Shown here piece after piece: positions 1 through 8,155 of a DNA stretch of 48,549 nt. The notes under the pieces are model-generated. The model saw nothing but the letters and a program-made list of their open reading frames with translations. It made no database searches and had not been told where the DNA came from. The stretch spans positions 1 through 48,549 of the forward strand of contig CAZIXQ010000002.1 of the NCBI GenBank assembly GCA_964543155.1, written 5' to 3'. This stretch comes from an uncultured Enterobacteriaceae bacterium (lineage in GTDB: Bacteria; Pseudomonadota; Gammaproteobacteria; Burkholderiales; SG8-39). Position 1 is the stretch's first letter; each line of letters begins with the position of its first letter. The position numbers and the translations under genes are program-made.

Positions 1-2
1 AC

Positions 3-494
<492 letters not shown>

Positions 495-504
495 GCCCGC
501 GTTC

Positions 505-533
505 GAGCGTCACCGCCCGAGGCAGTGACGCTC
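505..533 (+). other. Intergenic 9-bp stem hairpin (GAGCGTCAC-N11-GTGACGCTC) between ahcY and metF
   Basis: The perfect inverted repeat was read directly. No T-tract follows, so it is more likely an RNA-stability or attenuation element than an intrinsic terminator. Confidence 0.3.
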
Positions 534-571
534 AACGCGCGATGCGCTGATTCTCGAGCGCAGGAGGCTCG

Positions 572-1417
572 ATGGAACGCCAGAAGAGATTTCCCCGCAG
601 CATCAGCTTCGAGTTCTTTCCGCCGAAGACGCCGGAAGGGGTGGAGAAGCTGCGCGCCGCGCGCCGCCAGCTCGAGCAGCTCAAGCCGCGGTTCTTCTCG
701 GTCACCTACGGGGCGGGCGGCTCGACGCGCGACCGGACGCTCGAGACCGTGCTCGAGACCCGGGCCGAAGGCCACGAAGCCGCGCCGCATCTGTCGTGCA
801 TCGGGTCGACGCGCGCCGACATCGCGCAGACGCTGGAGCTCTACAAGTCGCACGGGATCCGGCACATCGTCGCGCTGCGCGGCGACCTGCCCTCCGGCGC
901 GGCGAGCGCCGGCGAGCTGCGCCACGCCAATGAGCTCGTGGAGTTCATCCGCGCCACCACGGGCGACTGGTTCAGCATCGAGGTCGCCTGCTATCCGGAG
1001 TTCCACCCCCAGGCGCGCACCGCCGGCGAGGACCTGCGCAACTTCAAGCGCAAGGTCGACGCCGGCGCGAACGGCGCGATCACGCAGTATTTCTACAACG
1101 CCGACGCCTATTTCCGCTTCGTCGACGAGTGCGAGGCGCTCGGGATCGACGTCCCGATCGTCCCCGGCATCATGCCGATCGCCAATTTCAGCCAGCTCGC
1201 GCGCTTCTCCGATGCGTGCGGCGCCGAGATCCCGCGCTGGCTGCGGCTCAAGCTCCAGGGCTACGCCGACGACACCGCCTCGATCCGGAGCCTCGGCCTG
1301 GACGTGGTGACCGACCTGTGCGACCGGCTGCTCGCTGCCGGCGCGCCCGGCCTGCACTTCTACACGATGAACCAGGCCGGCCTCACCACGACGATCTGGC
1401 AGCGGCTCGGGCTCTAG
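572..1417 (+). CDS. metF: 5,10-methylenetetrahydrofolate reductase
   Basis: AGGAGG lies upstream of ATG 572. The 281-aa product has the MetF-type motifs ISFEFFPPKT, FFSVTYGAGGSTR, HLSCIG and VALRGD. Confidence 0.93.
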   Translation: MERQKRFPRSISFEFFPPKTPEGVEKLRAARRQLEQLKPRFFSVTYGAGGSTRDRTLETVLETRAEGHEAAPHLSCIGSTRADIAQTLELYKSHGIRHIVALRGDLPSGAASAGELRHANELVEFIRATTGDWFSIEVACYPEFHPQARTAGEDLRNFKRKVDAGANGAITQYFYNADAYFRFVDECEALGIDVPIVPGIMPIANFSQLARFSDACGAEIPRWLRLKLQGYADDTASIRSLGLDVVTDLCDRLLAAGAPGLHFYTMNQAGLTTTIWQRLGL

Positions 1418-1561
1418 CGCCGTCCCCAGGCGCGCCGGCCCGGGCCGGCGGCCGCATGGCGTCCTCCCCTGCGGCGCACATCCGCTTGGCGCACGTGCGG
1501 ATGCAATGACCCGGTGCTACCATCGAGCGAACACCAACAACATCGGTAGCGAAAGAGACGC

Positions 1562-2263
1562 GTGAAGATCCTGGTGGTCGACGACCATCCGCTGATCCTC
1601 GAGGCGTTGCACCACGTGCTCCGGCAGCTCGACCGCGAGGTCGAGGTGTTCGACGCGCGCGACGCGGCCACCGGTCGTGCGCTGGTCGCCGCGCATCCGG
1701 ACGCCGGCCTTCTGCTGCTCGATCTCTCGCTGCCCGACGCCGACGGGTTCGCGGTGCTCGAGGCGCTGCGCAACGCGTTCCCCGCCGTGCCGGTCGTCGT
1801 GCTCTCGGCCTCCGACCGGCGCGAGGAGGTCGTGCGCGCGATCGATCTCGGCGCGATGGGCTTCATCCCCAAGACCTCGTCGAGCCCGCTCATGCTGCAA
1901 GCCCTGCGCCTGGTGCTCTCGGGCGGCCTCTACGTTCCGCCCGCCGCGCTCGGGTCGAGCGAGGACGCGGCGCTCGATACCCAAGCGCCCGCCGTGCCGC
2001 GGTCGGCCGGCGCCGCGCCGCTGACCGCCGATGCGCTCGGCCTCACCGGACGCCAGGCCCAGGTGCTCGCGCTCATTCTTCAAGGCAAGCCGAACAAGGC
2101 GATCTGCCGCGAGCTCGGACTGGCGGAGGGCACGGTCAAGATCCACGTGGCCGCAATCCTGCGCGCGCTGAATGTCAGCACGCGTACCCAGGCCGTCGTC
2201 CAGGCGGGCCGGCTCGGTCTGCACCTGGACGACGACGCGACTGCCGCGCAGCCACGCCCCTGA
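1562..2263 (+). CDS. Two-component response regulator, NarL/FixJ (LuxR-type HTH) family
   Basis: GTG start. The receiver domain reads KILVVDDHPLI...LLLLDLSLPDADG...VVVLSA...GFIPK. The C-terminal HTH reads LTGRQAQVLALILQGKPNKAICRELGLAEGTVKIHVAAILRALNV. No histidine kinase gene is adjacent. Confidence 0.9.
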   Translation: MKILVVDDHPLILEALHHVLRQLDREVEVFDARDAATGRALVAAHPDAGLLLLDLSLPDADGFAVLEALRNAFPAVPVVVLSASDRREEVVRAIDLGAMGFIPKTSSSPLMLQALRLVLSGGLYVPPAALGSSEDAALDTQAPAVPRSAGAAPLTADALGLTGRQAQVLALILQGKPNKAICRELGLAEGTVKIHVAAILRALNVSTRTQAVVQAGRLGLHLDDDATAAQPRP

Positions 2264-2323
2264 CGCATCGCGGAAGAAATCTCCCGGCGCCGCGCGAGGG
2301 CCGCGCGACGCCGGGAACAAACG

Positions 2324-2362
2324 CGATCGCGGGGTTGCGAGGAGCGGGAGGCCCCGCGATCG
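2324..2362. terminator. Strong GC hairpin (11-bp perfect stem CGATCGCGGGG / CCCCGCGATCG, 17-nt loop) between convergent genes
   Basis: Read directly from the sequence. It lies between the response-regulator stop (2263) and the stop of a small minus-strand ORF (2376). It has no U-tract, so terminator function is only inferred. Confidence 0.3.
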
Positions 2363-2375
2363 ACGAGGAAGCGGG

Positions 2376-2567
2376 CTACCCGGCGCCCGCCGCCACTGCG
2401 GCGACCGTCGCCCCGGGCAGAGCGCCAGCGTCCGCCACGCCCGCCCATGCGAGAAGAAGCACGATGGCGACGAACCACAGCGTGGCGCGCATCGCCGTGT
2501 TGATGCTGCGTTCCTCTTCGTCCTGGATGCGGCGCGCGCTGGCACCGTAGGTTCGAGCGTCGATCAT
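2376..2567 (-). CDS. Small hypothetical protein with a C-terminal hydrophobic helix (63 aa, from the internal ATG of ORF 2376..2831)
   Basis: MIDARTYGASARRIQDEEERSINTAMRATLWFVAIVLLLAWAGVADAG... has mostly G/C-ending codons. No clear Shine-Dalgarno is present. The upstream part of the longer ORF is Pro/Arg-rich and not protein-like. Confidence 0.25.
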   Translation of the reverse strand: MIDARTYGASARRIQDEEERSINTAMRATLWFVAIVLLLAWAGVADAGALPGATVAAVAAGAG

Positions 2568-2984
2568 GGGATAGGCGTCGGGGTTGCGGGCATCGTGAAG
2601 TCGTTCACGGAATCTCAGACCATTCGGGCTTCCCGGACAAGGCGCTTCATGGTCTAGGCCGATCGGTCTATCGATCCCGGGCTCGGAAGGCGGGAGTGCG
2701 CCGGGCGGCGCGGCAATCGTGGTGGTGCGGCGACACCTGAGGGTCGCCTCGAGTCGCTGTTCCGGCAGGCGGCTCGCGTGCGGGGCAGGCGCTGGGGGCC
2801 AGGGGACTGGGGACCGATGCCCGCCGGGCATCGCGTCGCAACTGCGATGATCACGCTTCGAGTCGCGCGGCAGACCCTGCGATCGCTGACGGCGCCGGGC
2901 GCGACGCCGCCGTGCGCATTCGCTCGCGCGACTCTTGCCCCAGCCACCGGCCCGCAGCGCCCGCTCGGGCGCGCCGGCGGCGGG

Positions 2985-3137
2985 TCAGCCGGCGAGTCGC
3001 GCGAGTCCGAGAACGATCGCGGCCGCGACGACGCTCGCGGCGAATCCGCCGGCGAGCGCCTTGACGAACACGAGCGAGAAATCCGCGAGCACGACCCGAC
3101 CGAGGCGCGCGGTGGGCTGAGGTTTGGTGGCGTCCAC
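2985..3137 (-). CDS. Small hydrophobic (membrane) protein, 50 aa; too short for the ORF track
   Basis: A GTG start is preceded by GGAAGGAGA (revcomp of 3140-3150). The translation is VDATKPQPTARLGRVVLADFSLVFVKALAGGFAASVVAAAIVLGLARLAG*. GC3 is strongly biased, as in real genes of this window. Confidence 0.4.
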   Translation of the reverse strand: MDATKPQPTARLGRVVLADFSLVFVKALAGGFAASVVAAAIVLGLARLAG

Positions 3138-3250
3138 TCCAGTCTCCTTCCGTCTTTGCGGTCCGAACCCCGGGGCCGCGACGGTTGTATTCGAGACGAC
3201 CTTCGTGTCGGGGGCGAGTCGTCAGGGTGGAAGGCTAACGCCGGATTCTG

Positions 3251-3279
3251 GCAAGAAAATGGCGGCGTCGGCCGCCAGG
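3251..3279 (-). terminator. Rho-independent terminator downstream of the CitE-like gene
   Basis: The minus strand reads TGGCGGC-cgac-GCCGCCA followed by TTTTCTTGC, about 40 nt after the stop at 3317. Confidence 0.65.
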
Positions 3280-3316
3280 TGACGGATTGCCTGCGCGCTG
3301 TCCGGTGGAGAGCGCC

Positions 3317-4237
3317 TCAGCGCTTGGGGGCGTGTGCGCCGTGGACGCCGCGCAGCGCCTCGTCGCGCGCGATAAGCCGCTTCGCGTTCAGGTAGGTCGG
3401 CACCTCGACGAGATTCCCGTCAACTTCGGCGCGGTCGCGCCCGGCCGCGCGCGCGGCATCGAAGGCGTCCACGATGCGGCGCGCCCGCGCGATCGCTTCG
3501 GCGTCGGGCGTCAGCACGGCGTTGATCACCGCCACGTGCGCGGGAACCACCGCGCTCTTCGCACGGTAGCCGAGCCGGCGGGCGTGACGCGCTTCGGCGC
3601 CCGCGCCCTCCGCGTCGCTGAACGTGTAGGGGGCATCGATGGCGACCACCCCGGCCGCGACGCACTCGACCAGGAACCGCTGGCGCACGTACGCGAGCTC
3701 GACCCCGTCCGGTCCGCGCTCGGCGCCCAGGTCGGCGGCCATGTCCTCCGCGGCGACCAGGCAGGCCTTCACGCGCGCGCTCGCGCGGACGATGGCGCCG
3801 GTCGCGACGAGCCCCGCCGCCGTCTCGATGTTGGGCACGATCTCGGTGCTGCCGGTCGGAATCGCGAGCCGGCGCTCGTGGTCGGTGATCGCGCGGTCGA
3901 GCTCGACGATCTGCTCGGGCGCATTCGTCTTGGGCAGCAACACCGCCGCCGGTCGGGCCTGCATCACGACCCCGAGGTCGTTGCGGCCTTCGGCGGCGAG
4001 CGGGTTCACCCGCACCGCGCCAACGAGGCCCGCCTTGCGGCACTTCTCCAGCAGCGCGAGGATCATCTCGCGCCCGCGGGGCCGGAGCGCGGGCGGCGTG
4101 AAGTCCTCGAGGTCGGGAATCAGCACGTCCGGCGCCGCGTCCAGCGCCGCGGCCTGCGCGGCCGCATCGGCGCCAGGGCAGAAGAGCCACGAGCGGCGCA
4201 GGTGCGGCGGGCGTCGCTTGGCGGCGGAGTAGGGCAT
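3317..4237 (-). CDS. HpcH/HpaI aldolase / citrate lyase beta subunit (CitE)-like lyase
   Basis: I start at the internal ATG (MPYSAAKRRPPHLRRSWLFCPG...). CitE/malyl-CoA-lyase-like motifs are LIPDLEDF, VRVNP, LLPKT, IETAAG, AEDMAADLG and AIDAPY. Confidence 0.85.
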   Translation of the reverse strand: MPYSAAKRRPPHLRRSWLFCPGADAAAQAAALDAAPDVLIPDLEDFTPPALRPRGREMILALLEKCRKAGLVGAVRVNPLAAEGRNDLGVVMQARPAAVLLPKTNAPEQIVELDRAITDHERRLAIPTGSTEIVPNIETAAGLVATGAIVRASARVKACLVAAEDMAADLGAERGPDGVELAYVRQRFLVECVAAGVVAIDAPYTFSDAEGAGAEARHARRLGYRAKSAVVPAHVAVINAVLTPDAEAIARARRIVDAFDAARAAGRDRAEVDGNLVEVPTYLNAKRLIARDEALRGVHGAHAPKR

Positions 4238-4328
4238 GCGCAAATGCTCCCGGGCTCGCGCGGCCGGCACGGCGCAGCAGGCCGGCCGGCGCGCGCGTCT
4301 ATCATAGACAGGTCCGCCTGCTACGACC

Positions 4329-4691
4329 ATGAAACCGCCGGCAGAGTTCGCGACTCATGCAGCCGATCTGCTGTCGTCGGTCGGCAGCGTCGTCGCGCGG
4401 CGGATGTTCGGCGGCCATGGCCTGTATTGCGACGGCACGATGTTCGCCCTGATCGCCGACGGAGTCCTTTATCTGAAAGTGGACGATGAGAATCGGAGCG
4501 ATTTCGAGCGTGCGGGCACGACGCCATTCGTCTACGGGGCGCGCGGACGACGTGTCGTGATGTCCTATTTCCGTGCGCCCGACGAGGTACTGGAGTCGCG
4601 CACGCTCGCTGCGCCGTGGGCGCGCAGCGCCTACGCCGCGGCGCTGCGCTCGCGCGCCTCCAGGCGCACGCCGCTCAAGCGCAGGAAGTAG
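4329..4691 (+). CDS. TfoX/Sxy N-terminal domain-only protein
   Basis: The 120-aa product reads VARRMFGGHGLYCDGTMFALIADGVLYLKVDDENRSDFE...PFVY...YFRAPDEVLES, typical of the TfoX N-terminal domain. Confidence 0.8.
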   Translation: MKPPAEFATHAADLLSSVGSVVARRMFGGHGLYCDGTMFALIADGVLYLKVDDENRSDFERAGTTPFVYGARGRRVVMSYFRAPDEVLESRTLAAPWARSAYAAALRSRASRRTPLKRRK

Positions 4692-4829
4692 GCGGTCACC
4701 AGCGCCGCGGCCGGGTCCATCCCGGCCAGCGCGGCAAGCCGGAACCCGCGCGCGCCGCGCGGGCAGGCGGGAGGAAGAGCGGGATTCTACGCGGGCGGCC
4801 GGACGCGCCTGACGGCGCCCGCGGCGCGC

Positions 4830-6083
4830 TCAGGCCGGCGCGAGCGTGACCACGCGTTGGCGCCGCTTGCGCCGTGCACGATCCTCGCCGCGCAGGATGC
4901 GCCGGAGCATGCGCTCCCTGCGACGGCGCTTCTTGCGCCACAGGCGCGCCGTCTTGAGCGGCATCCACACCCACGCCGCGAATGCGAGCACGAGCGCGGT
5001 CGCGAACCAGGGCCAGTGCTCGCCGACGAGGCGCCCCAGCGCGCGCTGCAGGTAACGATCTTCCGCGGGTGGCGCCAAACCGCCGAGCTCTGAGGCACCG
5101 GCCGCGCCCGGCCCGGGCGGCACCGCGTTCCCGCTCGCGACCTGCTGGAGGCGCGAGATCTGGCGGTTCTGCAGCTCCGCCAGTTTGTGGAGGCTCTCGA
5201 TACTGCGCTCGAGCATCGCGAGGCGCTCCTGCGCCTCGTTGGACGCGCGGCGGGCCGCTGCGCCATCGTCCGCCCCGGCGGTACCCGCGTCCGCGCGGGA
5301 GAGGTGCAGCCGATCGGCCGCGGCAAGCGTCCTTTGGGCGGCGGCACGGTGCCCGGCCACCACGCGGCGGGCTTCGTCGGGCGGGACGGCGCGTACCGCG
5401 GCTTCGTCGGGCACCGTCAGCACCTGCCCCGCGGACAGCTGGTTCATGTTCCCGTCGACGAACGCGCCGGGGTTCGCGCGCACGAAGGCCACCAGCGCCT
5501 GTTCGAGCGTTGCACCGGGCACCCTGAGGGCACTTGCGATCGTCGCGAGCGTCTCGCCCGGCCGTACGCGGTGCTCGCCGTTGCCCGCGGCGAGCGCGGT
5601 CGGCCCGGCCGGCACGAGCGCCGGTTCGCTGGGCGCGGGCTCAGGCTGCGCGGGCGCGAGCTCGGGGAGCACGGGCGCGGGGCGCGCCTCGCGGGTGCGG
5701 CGCTCCTCGAGCAGCACGGGGTATTCGCGTATCGACTGCCGGGACGGGGAGCCGAGCTGCACCAGCAGGCTCATGAACGGCTCTTCGATCGGCTGGCTCG
5801 AGGTGAGCGTCACCACGGTGCGACCCTTCGCCCCGCGCGTGATGGCCGCACCGAGTGCCCCGAGGAACGTCGGCGGCTCGATGCCTGCGCGCCAGAACTC
5901 CTCGGTCGTGGCGAGGCGCACGCTGAGCGCGCGCGCTTCGTTCGCACCCACGTCCACGACGTCGATCTCCGCGCGCAGGGTCTCGCCGACAGCCGAAAAC
6001 ACGGTCAGACGGCCGAGCTCGGCCGCCGCCGCTGGTAGCGCCGCGAGCGCGAAGGCGACTCCAAGTGCGACGAGCCGGACGAT
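4830..6083 (-). CDS. FimV-like protein (signal peptide, FimV N-terminal motif, LysM-like segment, coiled coil, C-terminal TM and basic tail)
   Basis: ELGRLTVFSAVGETLRAEIDV resembles the FimV N-terminal motif. The LysM-like segment is HRVRPGETLATIASALRV...QLSAGQVLTVP, and the TM is WPWFATALVLAFAAWVWMPL. The first canonical start is GTG 6002, but the in-frame upstream sequence encodes the signal peptide. I therefore extend to a candidate ATC start at 6083 behind GGAAGGAGG (see finding). Confidence 0.75.
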   Translation of the reverse strand: MVRLVALGVAFALAALPAAAAELGRLTVFSAVGETLRAEIDVVDVGANEARALSVRLATTEEFWRAGIEPPTFLGALGAAITRGAKGRTVVTLTSSQPIEEPFMSLLVQLGSPSRQSIREYPVLLEERRTREARPAPVLPELAPAQPEPAPSEPALVPAGPTALAAGNGEHRVRPGETLATIASALRVPGATLEQALVAFVRANPGAFVDGNMNQLSAGQVLTVPDEAAVRAVPPDEARRVVAGHRAAAQRTLAAADRLHLSRADAGTAGADDGAAARRASNEAQERLAMLERSIESLHKLAELQNRQISRLQQVASGNAVPPGPGAAGASELGGLAPPAEDRYLQRALGRLVGEHWPWFATALVLAFAAWVWMPLKTARLWRKKRRRRERMLRRILRGEDRARRKRRQRVVTLAPA

Positions 6084-6263
6084 GGGCGCCTCCTTCCAGG
6101 GATCGCGCCACCCGCGCAGGGTGACGCCGCCATTATGCCATCAGCATAGAAAATCGCCATCCCCCCGCAGCCCGGGAGGGCGTGGTTATCATCCGGCCGG
6201 CCGGCGGGGGACCGTCGCCGCGTGCCGACGCTGTCGGCCTCTCGACGCCAGGAGCAAGGATCG

Positions 6264-6974
6264 ATGCGCAAGCGTTTCGCCCGACGCGAGGATCTCGGCC
6301 TCACGCGCGCGGAGTTTCGCGTCCTTCAGCGGCTTGACTCGCCGCAGAAGATCCAGGCGTTCCTCGACCGCATCCCGCAGAACTTCGAGCCTGACGGCGA
6401 CACGGCGCTGTCGATCCGCGAGGTGCTGCGCCAGCAGCGGGCGCATTGCATCGAGGGCGCGATGCTCGCCGCAGCGGCGCTCTGGGTCCATGGCGAGCGG
6501 CCGCTGCTGCTCGATCTCTCCGCGGTGCACGACTACGACCACGTCGTCGCGCTCTTCCGGCGCAACGGCTGCTGGGGCGCCCTCTCCAAGACCAACCACT
6601 ACCCGCTGCGCTACCGGGACCCGATCTACCGCAGCCTGCGCGAGCTCGCGCTCAGCTACTTCCACGAGTACGCGAACAAGCGCGGCCACAAGACCCTGCG
6701 CCGCTACTCGCGCCCGCTCGACCTGCGCACGATCGACCCCAAGCTGTGGGCGACGAACGGCAAGAATTGCTGGGAGGTCACCGAGCGGCTCGAGGCGCTC
6801 CCGCACTACCGCCTGGTGAGCGGCCGGCAGGTCCGCGCGCTGCGCCGGAACGACGAGATCGAGCGCCGCGCCTACGCCCTGCGCGATCACCCGCCGCCGG
6901 CGAGCGTGCGGCGGCGCTGGGCCGAGAAGGCGGCCAGGCGCCGGGCGTGGCGCGAGCGCAAGCACGCCCGATGA
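6264..6974 (+). CDS. Hypothetical protein with a transglutaminase/papain-like Cys-His pattern and a basic C-terminal tail
   Basis: ATG 6264 is preceded by AGGAGCAAGGA. The sequence reads REVLRQQRAHCIEGAMLAAAALWVHG...DHVVALFRRNGCWGALSKTN. The stop overlaps the next start (ATGA at 6971-6974). Confidence 0.75.
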   Translation: MRKRFARREDLGLTRAEFRVLQRLDSPQKIQAFLDRIPQNFEPDGDTALSIREVLRQQRAHCIEGAMLAAAALWVHGERPLLLDLSAVHDYDHVVALFRRNGCWGALSKTNHYPLRYRDPIYRSLRELALSYFHEYANKRGHKTLRRYSRPLDLRTIDPKLWATNGKNCWEVTERLEALPHYRLVSGRQVRALRRNDEIERRAYALRDHPPPASVRRRWAEKAARRRAWRERKHAR

Positions 6975-7378
6975 TCCGCGTCGTCGACATCGACCACGTC
7001 GTCCTGCGCGTGCGGGACCTCGAACGCATGATCGCCTTCTACCGCGACGTGCTCGGGTGCCCGGTCGAGTGGCGCCGCGACGATCTCGGGCTGGTGCATC
7101 TGCGCGCCGGACGCGCGCTGATCGACCTCGTCCCGGTCGACGGCCCGCTCGGGCGCAAGGGCGGCGCGCCGCCGGGCCCGGAGGGGCGCAACGTCGACCA
7201 CGTGTGCCTGCGCGTCGCGCCGTTCGACCCGGCGGCGATCGCGGCGCATCTCGCCGCTCGCGGCGTGCGCGTCGGGGAGGCCCGCCCGCGGTTCGGTGCG
7301 CAGGGCGAAGGCGTCTCGATCTACCTCTGGGACCCCGAGGACAACCTCGTCGAGCTGAAGGGCGAGCTCGCCGCCTGA
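6971..7378 (+). CDS. VOC (glyoxalase/bleomycin-resistance/dioxygenase) family protein
   Basis: MIRVVDIDHVVLRVRDLERMIAFYRDVLGC...VDHVCLRV...SIYLWDPEDNLVELK is a typical VOC fold signature. The gene is translationally coupled to the upstream gene. Confidence 0.88.
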   Translation: MIRVVDIDHVVLRVRDLERMIAFYRDVLGCPVEWRRDDLGLVHLRAGRALIDLVPVDGPLGRKGGAPPGPEGRNVDHVCLRVAPFDPAAIAAHLAARGVRVGEARPRFGAQGEGVSIYLWDPEDNLVELKGELAA

Positions 7379-7393
7379 GGTGGTGCCGCGGCG

Positions 7394-8146
7394 CTACCTG
7401 GCGGTGCCGCCGACCTCGCGCTGAAGCGCCTCGATCTCGCGGTTGCGCGCATCGATTCGCTCCTGCAGGTCGCGCATCGTCCGCTCGAGATCCTTGACCC
7501 GGTTCTCGGCGGCCTCGACATCGGCCCCCTTCGGGGCAGCGCTCGCGCGCGGCCGCGCGGCGGCGGCCTTTTCCGGCGGCGGCGGCTTGGCGGCGACCTT
7601 CTCTTTCGGCTTGGGTGCGGGCCTTGATGCCGCGGGCGGTTTCGCCGGCACGGCCTGCGCCGCGGCCGCCGGCGCAACCTGCGGCGCGCGCTGCGGTTCA
7701 ACCTGGGGCGCGGGCGCTGGCGCCCCGGCCTTCGCGACGCCCCGGTCCGGCGGATCGACGTTGAACGCGTACTGCCGCACCATGCGACCGCCGTTCCAGG
7801 CGAGCTCGATGATGACGTTGACCGCGGGGCGCTCGACCGGAACGGTCGATCTGAGGCGCACCACCGGGCTGCCGTCGCCGCCGCTCGCAACCGCGGCGCG
7901 CAGCACCTCGAGCGGTGGAGAGGGGGTCACCCCGAAGCGCTCGAATACGCCGATCGGAACGATCTGCGCGGAAAGCGAATCGCGCGCCTGGGCAGGCACG
8001 CCGGTGACCTCGATCTCGGCGTCGAGCGGCTCGCCGAGCCGGGAGAGCAGCGCGAGCCGCCCGAGGTTCTGCGCGCTCGCCGCGAGCGGCGCGAGCAGGA
8101 GCACGGTTGCGACGGCGCCCAGTGCGAGACGGAGGACGGGGCTCAT
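7394..8146 (-). CDS. FimV N-terminal-domain paralog (signal peptide, FimV-type N-domain, Ala/Pro linker, C-terminal coiled coil; no TM)
   Basis: The N-terminus MSPVLRLALGAVATVLLLAPLAASAQNLGRLALLSRLGEPLDAEIEVTGVPA parallels that of the 4830-6083 product. The C-terminus reads ENRVKDLERTMRDLQERIDARNREIEALQREV. Confidence 0.8.
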   Translation of the reverse strand: MSPVLRLALGAVATVLLLAPLAASAQNLGRLALLSRLGEPLDAEIEVTGVPAQARDSLSAQIVPIGVFERFGVTPSPPLEVLRAAVASGGDGSPVVRLRSTVPVERPAVNVIIELAWNGGRMVRQYAFNVDPPDRGVAKAGAPAPAPQVEPQRAPQVAPAAAAQAVPAKPPAASRPAPKPKEKVAAKPPPPEKAAAARPRASAAPKGADVEAAENRVKDLERTMRDLQERIDARNREIEALQREVGGTAR

Positions 8147-8155
8147 CGGGCGCGA

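Noticed and set aside
2568-2984. A structured housekeeping RNA (RNase P RNA, tmRNA, 6S or SRP) in the poorly coding stretch.
   Set aside because: I could not find the conserved RNase P P4 sequence (GGAAAGTCCGGGC...), the tmRNA ends (GGGGCTGA...TCCACCA) or other hallmark motifs on either strand.
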